DNA from: Felis catus
Taxonomy: Eukaryota
Length of the DNA stretch: 64,000 nt
Assembly (NCBI RefSeq): GCF_018350175.1
Contig: NC_058373.1
Span: forward strand, 113,834,001-113,898,000
Reading direction: 5' to 3'
A program made the position numbers and the translations under genes. Within the stretch, counting starts at the first letter, position 1. Each line of letters opens with the position of its first letter. The notes beneath the pieces were generated by a model that was not told the DNA's origin, ran no database searches, and saw only the letters and a list, made by a program, of their open reading frames with translations. This document shows positions 50,157-62,725 of the stretch, piece after piece.

Positions 50157-50367
50157 GGGAGTGCCTGGGTGGCTCAGTTGGTTAAATGTCCAACTCTTGA
50201 TTTTGGCTCAGGTCATGATCTCACATGAGATGGAGCCCCACATCAGGCTCTGCGCTGACAGCATGGAGCCTGCTTGGGATTCTTCCTCTCCTTCTCTCCT
50301 TGCCCCTCTTCTACTTGTGCGCACGCTTTCTCTCTCTCTCAAAACAAATAAATAAACTTTTAAAAAA
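50157..50367 (+). mobile_element. SINEC_Fc (older subfamily)
   Basis: CanSINE body and tail; TSD core ggaactttg at 50149 and 50368. Confidence 0.94.
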
Positions 50368-50744
50368 GGAACTTTGTTGGAGTCTTCAAGGATTTTTAAT
50401 TCAAAGAAAAAGAGTTTCAGATAGTGAAAGAGCCTTTTGGATTTTTCCAGGCATGTAGATACCTTTAATGGTGTAATAATGCCTCTCTTGTCCCAAGTCT
50501 GTGGTCAGAGGCAGAGTAACAAGAGGAAAGGGTGTATGTCCTCCAAGCCTTCATAAATTTTTCCTTCCTTTCTCCAGACAGCCCCTTCTCCTTTTTCTCT
50601 CTCCTCCCAGACCTCTGATATGGGCCCCAATGTGACTGAAACATAAGTGGAACTTTCCCAACTCCTAAGACCAGATTCTGGAGCCCCAGGACTGTAACCC
50701 CTCCCTGCCCTGGGGCCCAAGTCTGTAGACAATCTTTTAGTCTC

Positions 50745-50920
50745 CATGGATTTGAATCCCTACTCTGCCAATTACCAACTGTTGACCTCAGATAAGTTAT
50801 TTAAAACTTCTGTGAAATGGAGATAACAATACCGATATCTACCTCAGAAGGTGTTGTAAAGATTAAGTGAAACAATACCGGTGAGACTATGATTATTACT
50901 AAGAAAGCAGTAAGTGTTAC
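50745..50920 (+). mobile_element. MIR SINE
   Basis: ggatttgaatccctactctgcc...tctgtgaaatggagataacaata...gttgtaaagattaagtga. Confidence 0.8.
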
Positions 50921-51299
50921 CACTCAATTAGTTTTAGCACTTTTCATTTCCCAGACAGCAACACTACTCTCATCTCCTTAGCAATGGTCTCTTCAACCTA
51001 GTTCTGAGGAGACCAGACACCTCATAGGTCCTGTCATTTAACCTGTGCTTTTCTTCCTGAAGGTTAGTCTACTAGGGTGTATTTGTTTGGGGATGGTAAA
51101 CAGATTGCTTATGTGTTCAGATTCTATAGTCTGACCAACCTAAGTTCAAATCTCTAATGTTTAATTGGAAAAACTTTCTTTTAAGTATGGTAGACACCTT
51201 TAGGTAAAGGCTTTGTAACATGTCTGCTGGGAATTATGTATTTAGTTCTGTTCCTATAGAATTGTTCAGGTTGTATGATTATGCCATTAATTATTATTG

Positions 51300-51535
51300 G
51301 TGACAGTATTGGTAGATATGTATTAGGAGCCTCCTCTGTGTCAGCTGAGCTAAATTATTTGCATGTATTATATCTAATTTTTATAATAACCATGTAAAGG
51401 AAATGGTCTCATCCCATTTTAGAGATGCAAAAAGTGGAGACCAAGGGAGGGAAAGTAACTTGTCCAAGGTCGTGAGCTAGGAAATGGCAGAATCAAAATT
51501 TAAATCCAGGTCTCTCTAGTTCGAAAGTCCAATGC
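51300..51535 (-). mobile_element. MIR SINE
   Basis: cccattttagagatg...aagtaacttgtccaaggtc...aatggcagaatcaaaattt. Confidence 0.8.
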
Positions 51536-51539
51536 CTGT

Positions 51540-51572
<33 letters not shown>

Positions 51573-53565
51573 TTAGCTCCCTTTTTACCATCTGTGGTAA
51601 GACTAGAGGTCTTACCTCTGGGCTAGGAATAGGTTAGGTCGTAATGGCTTCTTGACTTTACTGGGAATGGTTTCTAGGCCTTATCTAGAAATGTTCCTTA
51701 TTGCTGGCAAAACAATTCACATACTGCTTAACTGATATTGAACCATTTTTCTTACTAGGAATGCACAACTTTACTTCCTGTTTTGTCTCAATTCTCTTGC
51801 CTTTACCACAGTGTGAAAATGCATTAAAACACTGAGAGGTGTTATTTTTAGAAACCAACTCTCTTTGATTTTTTTTTAAAGGAAATTATTTCTGTTTATC
51901 ATTTTGTGTCTCCCTGTAGCAGCTCCTAGCATATCAGACATGTTTCATAAATTTGTGTGCAATGGAATGAATCAATGAGATTTTAGTAGCTTTCTTTCAA
52001 AGCACTTGATATAATAAAATAAGGTCTGGAGATGAGTCAGATAATCTGTGCTCTAGATTTAGTCTGGCTGCTGTGTGACTTATATCAAGTAACTATTTCT
52101 TGATTGGCCCTCACATGCAGTTTGACCTTTGCAAGATGATGGAATTTAATCTAAGTGATTGCTAAGTTCCCTTCCAGGTGTCAACTTTTGTAGCTTTCTA
52201 TAGACTATGAATGTGGGCATAAAGTATGATTAGCTCAGTGACTTATCCGAACCCTAGAAACTTACAAATTTGGGAAGCCTTAATGTATTCTAAAAATACT
52301 ACAGAAATTCTAAACTTACAGATAGGTTCCAAAAGACTACTTGCTTCTAAGCCCAAAAGGTACCATCCCTGCCACAGCTAATATCATCTTTTGCTGATGG
52401 GCTAAGTTGATGGAGACATAGCTTTATATTTTTGAAAATTTATAAATCGAAAGTGTACACAAACATCTATGGACAGCTGAGAAGTAATTATTCTTTCTTA
52501 CATTGAGTTGTTATATTTAAATCTTTTATATTGACTTATGGTTATCATGCTGGCCAAGCTAACATGTTTTAATGGCCAGGAGCTGGAGAAGCTAGTCACT
52601 ATTGGCCTAATTGTTGTATTCTTGGCTTACCATATGGGATTCTTGGCCGTTAGGCGTTCTTCTAAAACTTTCTGGGAGGGGCTTTATGGATAAGATGTGC
52701 AATACATTGCACTTTAGAATGGTATATGATAAGAACCAAGGTGATGAAATAATATTTGAGACTTCTGGATATTTCTCAGTGTAGGTAAGAAGTAGCATTG
52801 TATAAGATGCCTCTGGCTTACTCATCTCCACAGTGACAGGAATTGTCATTTTCAAGGTCTCCTATGCTGTGGGATGAGAAAGAAGTGACCCCATGGAGTA
52901 GGTATCTACAATAAAATCTGGGTTAATCTGCTCACAGCTCATTTCAGAGTAGAGCCCTCTCCGGATTGTTGGGAGTAACTAGGCCCCAGTCTCTAGTCCT
53001 AGGCTCAGCTATATTCCGGCAAGGCCATTGGCATATGCTGAACAGTGTTTCCTGTGTAGTTGGTCAGTCACCCTGTCTCCAGACAGAGAGACTGACCCTG
53101 AAAACTGTAACCAATAGGGCAAGTATCCCACTTCCAGTGCAGGGCTTGCCATATGCCTTTTTGGTTAGACAAGCCTTTAATTCAGGACCAGGATCAGATC
53201 TGTGTTGTAGATCAGTTGTATCTGTGTGTCCCAACCAGCTCTTTAGATTGCCTCACCGATAGATTAATGGCTTAGGATTTGATAGAATGGTTGTGACCGC
53301 TTTCTGGTGCCATCACAGGCCAGACCACATCCTCATCTTGCACTAAAATTTCAACTTTGACTAGGTTGAAACAACACATATCATTTCTAGCACAGCACTG
53401 CATTCTACCCCTGCTCTTCAGAATAGGTTAAACTTTTTCAACTGGATATCCAGGGCTAAGAAGGCATAAAGAATGGGCCTGTATCCAGTTGAGAGGTTTT
53501 TACAAAAGACATTGAATTGTGGGACAGTCTTACACAGGTGACTTTTTGATTCAGCATAATGTGGA

Positions 53566-53880
53566 TTGTATTTACTGAGACTTTTTGATTACAAGCAACA
53601 GAAACTAACTCTGGCTAACTTAAAGGAAAAAAAACAGCAATGTTTGAGTAGATATGGAGTAGGTCATAGAATTGAAGGAAACGTAAAGCAAACAAATTTC
53701 AATTAGGACAGCTCTAGAAATACAAGAAACAGAAACTAATAGACAGTCACATCATAGTACCACTTCTGGGATGAATCCACTCCAGACATTTTCTGATCTT
53801 TATTGTTTAGCTAATTATTCAGATCCCCAGGAGAGTGTCTGATTGGCTGGCTTGGGTTATAAGCCTACCCCTTGGCTGTG
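53566..53880 (-). mobile_element. Old ERVL-MaLR LTR (MLT1J/K-like)
   Basis: ttacaagcaacagaaactaactctggctaacttaa...gagtgtctgattggctggcttgggt. Confidence 0.7.
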
Positions 53881-54489
53881 ATGAGAGTGACTGACTTCAA
53901 ACAAATCAGCAAGACAGATATTTCTGCTTCTATAGGCCAAGGGATTTATAACAAGAAGCCATATTGTGGGTAGTAGATTATAATAACAAAGGGGATTTTA
54001 AAATAAGGATGACACATTGAGTTGGAATGTTTTCTCATCTGTATTTACTTATTCCTAAATATATTCCTTCATGCTTTCTTTCTCAAGTGGACGACCAGCT
54101 GCCGCCACCTTTTTCTTGTCTCTTTGCTTCTGTTCCTGATTTCTTTCTTTTCCTGAAACGCTCTACTCTACTCTAATCTTGTGTTTTCTCTCTAAATCTT
54201 CTTGTCTCTAACCCTATTTCATCTCTCCCTTTCTTTTCCTTATTTGGTCTTGTAGTCCATAACTTCTGTTCCTTTTCCTGAAATTGCTTTTTTTTCTCCT
54301 CATCCAAATCAACATCCTAGTGCCCTACTCCCAAGTTTTTATCTCTTCACTGTTAATCTCCAAGGTGTTTTTATTGACCTGTGGCCCAAAAGGCACAATC
54401 CCCAAGGGTCTTGTCTCCAGGCCAGTGGTGTGCAAACCAGCAGCTCTCATTGCTCAACAAGTGCCCTGTGATCCATGAATCAATGGGTA

Positions 54490-55200
54490 AGAATCCTGCT
54501 GGTGAAAGTTTACATAGATATGTTTTGTATGTACATATGAGATGTGCGACAGCATTCGAGCAACCAGTTTGCTCAATGGAGAGATACTTGGATTTTTTTT
54601 CTGGCAAGGAAGAGAGTTAAGCAGAAAACCTTTCCCTGAATTTATTTCTGTACTAAGTTAATGGACAAGATCCTAAGAAGTTGCATAAGGAAAATGGATT
54701 ATATTAAAGAGAGAAACTAGGACTGGAGACCAGTAAACAATTAGGCATTAGTATTTCCTGCTGACACATTATTGACAGCAGACACAAAGAATGTATTATG
54801 GATGCAGTGATATAACAGAAAGCAGAACCAGGAAAGAGATGGCAATAAATGGTAATAAAATCCAAGTGATTCATATGTTTAAGTGAAAGAAAGGAGAAAG
54901 AGTGCTGTGTACATATGTGAAAGAGCAAGAAGATGGAAATGGAGATATGCTGGTGGAAACAAATCAATCAGAAATTTCAGAAGCTGTCCTTGCATTAATA
55001 CAACATTACATGTTAAACATGAAACAGGGAATATGCAATTATACTCCTCAGATGCAGTATCTATACTTTGGAAAAGTAAAAGCCAGACAATATTAGAGTA
55101 GTATTTTTAAAAAAACTAATTTCAAAGATCAAGTCATTGATAAAAGGAAATGGAAGAATTCTAATAGATGAAATGAAGAACAGTGGTAAGTGGTACAAAT
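54490..55200 (+). mobile_element. Ancient RTE-clade LINE reverse-transcriptase fossil (MamRTE1/L4-like)
   Basis: Ordered decayed RT motifs: YVLYVHMRCATAFEQ, LSLNLFL...MDKILR, ETSKQLGISIS, MAINGNKIQVIHMFK, EDGNGDMLVETNQSEISEAVLAL, QLYSSDAVSILWKSKSQT. Confidence 0.65.
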
Positions 55201-56294
55201 CTTGAGCAGATTTTAAATGGTACTACCAGTTTAACAATCGTCAAAAAAGGAAAGCAAGATGGTACTATATACTTTGAGTGTTGGCGGATCAACCTGGCCT
55301 AAAAAAGAGCAGACCTACCTGCTGTTTGCCAAGAACTGTGCTAGGTGCTTTATATGCACTTCTAATTTAAGCCTCACTATACATAAAAGTGAAGCCAAAG
55401 ACGGAGAATGATATCCATTGGGAGGAAAAAAGCAGAGGGAATTTTCTGAGCCAGTTCCAAAGTCATAACACCGAGGGGGAATAACTTGGTTTTGTCAAGT
55501 CAGAGTGAAAAGCCAAAGGCAGCAGACATAGGATATTGTCAGAGGTAAATCACCCAGCCCAGATTGTTTTGTCTTTATTGCAAGGTCAGAGGACTGCAGC
55601 ACGCTGGCCACATGTTTTCAACCATGGAAATCCCCTAACTTTCCAATGGCTGTGATCCCATAGTTCTGAAGTTTTACTCACAGGATGGCTCTCTTCCAGC
55701 TTTCAAATCTCTCCAAGTTGATTAATCATTTTTTTCTTCTGACTCATTCAGGCCTCTAGAACATAGCTGTAGGTACTGGATGGGCTGTGTAGATCAAGGA
55801 GGTCAGATAAATTGGCTTGTTAGTCTATAGAAAAACCTAGAAGATATTGCCAGAACATTTAAGCAAAACATTTAACTGTCCTCAGATGCTAGTATGTGGG
55901 CTAAGGCCGAAGGCCATTGGCTTAATCATATGTTTGAAGCAGGATGGTTTCATGTATGCTGGTAAACCTGGGTATGTGTGGGTATTGTAGTTCTTAATGT
56001 AAGGTTAAGTATCGTGGGCCACTCAGCCAGGAAAATTCCATTATGGCAGCTTATTTTTATATTTACTTAGATGGACCATGGGTCAGATCAGAACCCCCTA
56101 ATATTAATAACAGCAAACATATAGTGCTTATTATTTGTCAGGTACTTTACTAATTGTTTTCCTTAAGAGACTATAGTCACAGGACTGAAAGGTCAGTTCT
56201 TGTTGTCTAAGCCAAGACCATATATATTGATTACATTATTTCACCTGGCTAATATTCCTCATCATGAAATTTATTTTAGAAGAAATGTTTATTT

Positions 56295-56529
56295 CATTTA
56301 TTTTATTTTTATTAAAAGATTTTTAATGTTTGTTTATTTTAGAGAGAGAGACACACACACAGAGTGTGAGCAGGAGAGGGGCAGAGAGAGAAGGAGATGG
56401 AATCTGAAGTGGGCTCCAGGCTCTGAGCTGTCAGCACAGAGCCTGACACTGGGCTCCAACTCACCAATGGTGAGACTGTGACCTGAGCCAAAGTCAGATG
56501 CGTAACCAACTGAGCCACCCATTCACCCT
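56295..56529 (-). mobile_element. SINEC_Fc
   Basis: TSD gaaatgtttattt at 56282-56294 and 56530-56542. Confidence 0.95.
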
Positions 56530-56619
56530 GAAATGTTTATTTTTAAATTCACGATTATATTTTTAAATTATACTGGAAAGTCCACTTCTCTTGCTTTTGT
56601 AGTGTTTTAATTTCCTGGT

Positions 56620-57480
56620 TTATTTGTTCAATTCACAGACATATATTAAGTACCCAAGTGTTCTGGTCACTGAGACATCACCCTGACGTGAAGTTATACA
56701 TTGTGTTAGTGCTTTGTGATTGGTATGAGCAAAATACTTGGGAAAGCACAGAGGAAGCAACAAATATTTATACAAAGGAAACACTTGAGAACTTCAAGAA
56801 TATATAGAAATTGTCCAGATGGACAAAGGGGAGAGGAATATCCTCGACTGAGGGAACAGCGTGTGTAAATGCAAAGAGCTATGAAGAGCATAGCATGTTT
56901 AGGATAGAATAAGGCATTTTTTAAAGATGGGGCTGTGGCCAAAAAAAAAAAAAAAAAAAAAAAGATGAAACAGGGCAAGTTAGGGTATGCTTGTGATGCA
57001 CCTTGTATAGCATACCAAGGCGTATCCTATAAGCCCTGGAGGGGCTAGTGGAGGCTTTAAAGAAAGAGTCACTTGATTTGATTATGTTTTCAGGAAGGAA
57101 ATTCTGATAGCAGTGTGGAGTGGGAGAAGAGGGTAAGCAAGGGACTGGCTAGAAAGCTGTTGCATAGTCTAGAAGGGGCAGTGGGGGTTGGAGGAGCAAA
57201 AGTAAGGGGATGGAATTGAGATGCATCTCAAAAGTCAAAAGGGCAGACTGTAATGAATGACTGGTTAGATATAGGGCTTGAGGTTTAGATGATGACCCAG
57301 GCAAGGGATTTGAGGTCTCTGGATGGATCATGTCACTTTCATTGAGAAATTCGGAGGTAAAGCAGCCTTGGGGAGTGATGAGGTCACTTTGTGACATGTA
57401 GAGTTGAAATTCAGGTGCTAATGAGGTGAGACCTTGACATAGAGAGGTCCATTGGGCTATCATAGCATGGGTCAAGAAAG
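56620..57480 (-). mobile_element. L2 3' portion
   Basis: Antisense L2: gagggaacagcgtgtgtaaatgcaaagag...ctgatagcagtgtggag...gacatgtagagttgaaatt. Confidence 0.75.
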
Positions 57481-58788
57481 AGAACAGCTGAAAGGCACCT
57501 GAAGTGTGGAAAGCTGATTAGATCAATGAAGCAGAAGAGAAAGGGGGCCAGTAGAGAGTATATTCTGTTCAGATTGTGGGTCAGGAACCTATTCATGCTG
57601 TGTACAGAGTTTTAGGAATCACTAATTGGGTGTTTCACAACCAGGTTTGTTGTTCCTATGCAAGACACACTTTGGTTTCTGTTATTTTTTACACATGACT
57701 AATAACTTTTTTAATGAGGTTGGCAGACTCAGTCAAAGGCTAGCAGGACACCGACCCCCTGTAGGCTGTTCTCTGTATGTGCTGTTTTGGGGAGGGGTTG
57801 GAGAATTGTTCTTAGGGACCCAGAAACACATGTTCCCACTCCGCTTTCCCTGGCTGACCTGGATTCCAAACAACTGCGGGCCCTCTGGAGATTTGCAGGC
57901 GTCTACACAAAAGGAGTGTCATTTGTATGCAGCCCCTTAACTAATTGTAACAGTCTGTTCCTGAAGTCTCTGAGAAAGCACACAAATTGGTTCTCCAGTA
58001 CTTGTTCTTTTTCAAGGACACCTGTATGACCCTTTGTCAAATCAGCTGTCCCCTCCCCACTTTATTCACCTGCTATTTCAATTATGTGAGCAGTGATGTA
58101 TCTGCTGCAAAAACTCCCTGTTCTGGGTAATTTCTTCAGAAGAGAATTATTGAAAAAAGTATTTCTGTTTTTGAGCCAACTCAGGGATTTAAATCTCTTC
58201 CAGCCTGCAGAGCACCTGGAGTCAAGTGTCTGTTCCCTCTTGACTCAGGAAGAATGAGTTGCATCTTGAACTGAAGCTCATAAGCACATTTAGGAACTAT
58301 GGGCCTATTTCCTCCTGCTGTTCACTGCAGCAATGCAAAATAAGTGAATTCAGATAGTCCACAGCCCGTCTTAAGTATCATAAGAGGGGGCCCAGCAGTG
58401 TGCTGGAACTTAGGAGCCCGGTTGTGATGCCATATGTATCACTGTCTTAATGCAGGCTGCTGGATCCACCTCCCTCCCAAGTGCCATGCTTCCCATTTGC
58501 AATGATAATTGACTTACCATGACTTTTTCTCTTGTTTCGCATTGCCCCTAACTTCTAGTGCCTTACACCTAAGAGGCCGATGATAAATATTTGTCAACTG
58601 GTTAGATTTTCCAAGTTGTTAGAATATGAAGGCCTCTGAGCTCCTTGAATGTGATCAACTTTACTAACGGCAAAGAAAAGGTGCATGTATTGATTCAAGG
58701 TCACAAGCTGGCAATCATGGCATCCACTGGCCCACAGACACATTTTACTTTGATGTCTCGATGATGTCTTTAACAAAATATGAATTCA

Positions 58789-58992
58789 GGGGCACATGGG
58801 TGGCTCAGTTGGTTAAGCGTCCAACTTCGGCTCAGGACATGATCTCACGGTTCATGGGTTCAGGCCCTGTGTCAGGCTGTGTGCTGACAGCTCAGAGCCT
58901 CGAGCCTGCTTTGGATTCTGTGTCTTCCTCTCTATCTCCCCCCACTTGCACTCTGTCTCTATCAAAAATTAATAAATGTTAGAAAAAATAAT
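58789..58992 (+). mobile_element. SINEC_Fc
   Basis: CanSINE body; TSD atatgaattca at 58778 and 58993. Confidence 0.95.
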
Positions 58993-59264
58993 ATATGAAT
59001 TCAGTGTCAGTATTAAAAAATAGAGACTTATATAAAAATCCAGGTTTTTGATTTCTGAAAATTGGAAGACCTACAACATTGGGCTATGTTGCCCTTTAGA
59101 GTGGGCATGCCTCCCCATTTGCCAAAGCCCTCACCACTCCCTACTTTTCTTACACTTGACCCACCTTGCTTATGTTTCATGTCTTGCCTCTGTATGTAGA
59201 CTTTTCTTTGTAGGCTCTACTAGCAAAATTATTTAGAACTCTTAAAAATTAGGATGATGTTTTT

Positions 59265-59814
59265 AAAATTTACTGTCTTTATTGAGATATAATTGAGATA
59301 ATAATTTGTATACCGTAAAAGTCACCCAGGTGAAGTGTAAAATTCATTATTTTTTTATTTATTCAGAGTTGTGAAACTATTGCCACTATTGCGTTTTTAA
59401 AAATTTTCACCCCAAAAAGAAATCCAGTACCCATTAGCAGTTATTTCCTTTTCCCCCACCCCCACCCTCTACCCTACCCCTAGGCAACCACTGATACACT
59501 TTCTCTATCGATGGAGCTGGGTTGTTTCTACTTTTTATTTATTATAAATATGCTGCTATCAACATTTGTATTCAAGTTTTTGCAAAGACATATGTTTTCA
59601 TTTCCCTTGGGAAAAGTGGCAATGTTGGGTCTTATGTTAACTCTATCTTTTAGCATTTTGAGGAACGGCCAAATTGCTTTCCAAAGTGGCTGCACCATTT
59701 TAACATTTCCATCATCAATGTATGAGGGTTCCAGTTTTTCCACATCCTCACCAGCACTTTTTATTGTCAGTGTCGTAGCTGTGATAGTTGTTGTGAATTA
59801 CATTTCATTGTGGA

Positions 59815-59815
<1 letters not shown>
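59265..59815 (-). mobile_element. L1MB-like 3' fragment with internal deletion
   Basis: ctttattgagatataatt...ggcaaccactgat; ORF 59528-59743 GNVKMVQPLWKAIWPFLK is ORF2p. Confidence 0.88.

Positions 59816-59816
<1 letters not shown>

Positions 59817-59856
<40 letters not shown>
59817..59856. repeat. (TG)20 microsatellite
   Basis: Perfect dinucleotide run. Confidence 0.97.
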
Positions 59857-59859
<3 letters not shown>

Positions 59860-59956
59860 AATAAAATAAAATTCTTTACTTTTTAGAAGGAAATGTTGCT
59901 GATAGATTATGCTAACCTTACTTATCACTGGAACTTTCAGCTTGGTTTCAACTCTT

Positions 59957-60171
59957 TTTTTTTAAGTTTATTTATTTATTTTGACAGAGACAGAGACAGC
60001 CTGAGTAGGGGAGGGGCAGAGAGAAAGGGAGAGAGAGAGAGAATCCCAAACAGGCTCTGTGCTGCCAGCACAGAGCCCGATGTGGGTCTTGAACTCACGA
60101 AATCATGAGATCATGACCTGAGCCGAAACCAAGAGTCGGATGCTTAACCGATTGAGCCACCCAGGCGCCCC
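59957..60171 (-). mobile_element. SINEC_Fc
   Basis: TSD tggtYtcaactctt at 59943-59956 and 60172-60185. Confidence 0.96.
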
Positions 60172-60222
60172 TGGTCTCAACTCTTATAGTCAGACCACAT
60201 CAAGTGATGCAGTATACCCTGG

Positions 60223-60482
60223 GCTGTGGTCTATGGAGCCCTCATGAATGGGATTAGTGCCCTTATAAAGGAGCCCCCAGGGAGCTCTGTGGCTCTCTCT
60301 GCCATGTGAGGTTACAATGAGAAGAAGGCAGTCTGAAGCCTGGAAAAGAATCAGAACTCACCCATGCTAGAACCCTGGTCTTGGACTTCCCAGCATCCAG
60401 AACTGTGAGAAATACATTTCTATTGTTCATAAGCTACCCAGTTAACTGTACTTTGTGACAGCAGTCCGGGCAGACCAAGACA
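60223..60482 (+). mobile_element. MLT1A-like MaLR solo LTR with deletion near its 5' end
   Basis: tggagccctcatgaatgggattagtgcccttataaagg...tccagaactgtgagaaatacatttct...gaccaagaca. Confidence 0.9.
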
Positions 60483-60761
60483 CTGACCTCCAAGGAACGA
60501 GGCAGTTGTCCTGCTCCAGACTTAGGTTCTACTTCTGCCCAAAAAACCGTAGTTCTCCATAGTCCTTTTTTTCCTTTTTCTTTCACTGAGCTCCAGGACC
60601 CCACTCTCATATCCAATGTTGATATATTTTCTTCATCTCACTACTCTCTTCTTTTGTCCACTGCTCTCTGTCTTCTTCCACTCTTTCTCATTTCTACCTA
60701 CCTATCCCGGCAGCCCCACCCAGGAGAACTGATTCAGGTCTGAGACTCTGGAGATCTCTTT

Positions 60762-60986
60762 TCTTTTTTTAATGTTTATTTTTATTTTTTAGAGAGAGAC
60801 AGACAGACAGAGAGACAGAGCATGAGTGAGGGAGGGGAGAGAGAGAGGGAGACACAGAATCTGAAGTAGGCTCCAGGCTCTGAGCTGTCAGCACAGAGAC
60901 TGATGTAGGACTCGAACTCATGAACCACGAGATCATGACCTGAGCCAAAGTCAGATGCTTAACTGACGGAGCCACCCAGGTGCCCT
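60762..60986 (-). mobile_element. SINEC_Fc
   Basis: TSD tctggagatYtcttt at 60747-60761 and 60987-61001. Confidence 0.96.
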
Positions 60987-62529
60987 TCTGGAGATTTCTT
61001 TGATATCATCACCAGACAGAAGAATCCCCTGTGGCCCCTTTGTTCAGCAGAATCTGATATAATCCTCAGATATTTCAACAATCTCATTTCAAATGTTCGG
61101 TTCCATTTTCCCCTTAAATATACTTTACTGACAAGGTTTGTAGTTGAGAAATTTTGGCCTCCCCAAGTATAATTCAATATCTGAGTAAAAAAAAAAAAAC
61201 AAGGTCTCAGGTTGCATGTGCAAAAGCTACATTCGCCACATTGTTCTGGCCCGCTGTATTTCTTATTTTTACGCAGTCTGCCAGGCCACAGTCTGACCAT
61301 GAGAGCATCCATGGAGGCATCTGGAGCAGAAAGACCTTTTGGCTAAGTGTGACACTGAAATTGTGCAGGAACCCCCAGCCCCTCTTTATCAGCAGCAGTG
61401 GTTTTTATAGGGCACCCTTCATACCCTGGGTGTTATATCTGCGATAATAAAGACTGCCTCGGATCTTTAGTTTCCTTCATCTCAGAACAGGCCTTGTTGT
61501 ATATATTTAGAGCCACAGCCCATGCCTATTCTGTCTGTAATGAGTGGGATGACTTAAAACAGCACCTTTCACCCCAGGATCTGGAAACCTTTAACAGCTT
61601 CAACTCCACACTTCTTACACAACCACTTAAGGATGGACAGACAATAAACAGGACCTTCTGGTGACTGTCTGCTCAGGGAGAATGGAGAGAAAAAGAAGAT
61701 GGTGTGCACTAGCAGCATAAGCCTTTTTCTCTCAGGCCACTATGACTTCAAACTCATGTGAGGGTCTAGTGTCCTTTTTCTACAACATATGTATAATCAA
61801 TGCATATGTATAATCAATACATATGCTTACCTAATACCTCATTGCAAGTGCTTTACTCATCAACTGCTAGAAGGTAAAATGGTCATAAAGGATGATTATT
61901 TCTCTAAATACAGAAGAAGTTAGAGGTTTCAACTGGCACAGGAACTTGCTCTTTATGGTGAGTCACTAATAGAATAAAGACAAAGTGTCCAGAGTACAAA
62001 AGGCCTCTTGTTTTCATGTGGCCTAATATTTTCTCACATCCCTGTGTTCATTTACTTCTCAAGGAAACAGACTGTATTCTCATAGTTATCCCAACTCACT
62101 CACTCATAGGTAAGGCCAGAACTCAAGGACTTTACCCCATGAACACTTGCCTTGATGTTTTTCTTTCTGTAGATTCCTAGAACTGTTTTATGTTTTTCTA
62201 ACTGAAGCTATCAGAGAAAGCTTATTGATCTTACCTTTGTGTTGGATAGGATGGTAAGAAGCTGAGAAGGAAAAACAAAGGAACTAGCATTTGCTTTGTC
62301 TCAGGCACTGTGTTGGTCACTTTACATGTTAAACTAAAATGAAACCTAATTCCTAGGTACCATGTCTGCTAAGAAAAGCGATTCCAGTGAGCTTGCCATC
62401 TTTGCACGTTTGTCATGTGTTCTGTTAACCCGTAGCTGTTCATATGGGATCATGGTTTTAACCTCAGAGATCCACCAGGGCCCTTTCTATGACATCTTTG
62501 TGTCTTTCCCTTTAAATGGGGCTCAAGTA

Positions 62530-62725
62530 AAGCATAAGAGACTGTTAAAAACTGAGAACAAACTGAGGGTTGATGGGGGGTGGGAGGGAAGGGAGGGTGG
62601 GTGATGGGTATTGAGGAGGGCACCATTTGGGATGAGCACTGGGTGTTGTATGGAAACCAATTTGACAATAAATTACATATATTGAAAAAAAATAAATAAA
62701 TAAACTTGGGGGGAAAATAAATAAA
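62530..62725 (+). mobile_element. Young, severely 5'-truncated L1_Fc 3'UTR
   Basis: Near-identical to the 3' end of the L1 at 27395; perfect 17-bp TSD taaatggggctcaagta at 62513-62529 and 62726-62742. Confidence 0.97.

Noticed and set aside
56923..56967. A23 run apparently flanked by a 7-bp TSD (aaagatg)
   Set aside because: The flanks fit the surrounding L2 sequence; more likely a homopolymer expansion than an insertion
58518..58568. Possible 51-nt minus-strand exon (ctcttag...atg|gtaagt)
   Set aside because: Weak acceptor, unrecognised peptide and opposite to the inferred host strand
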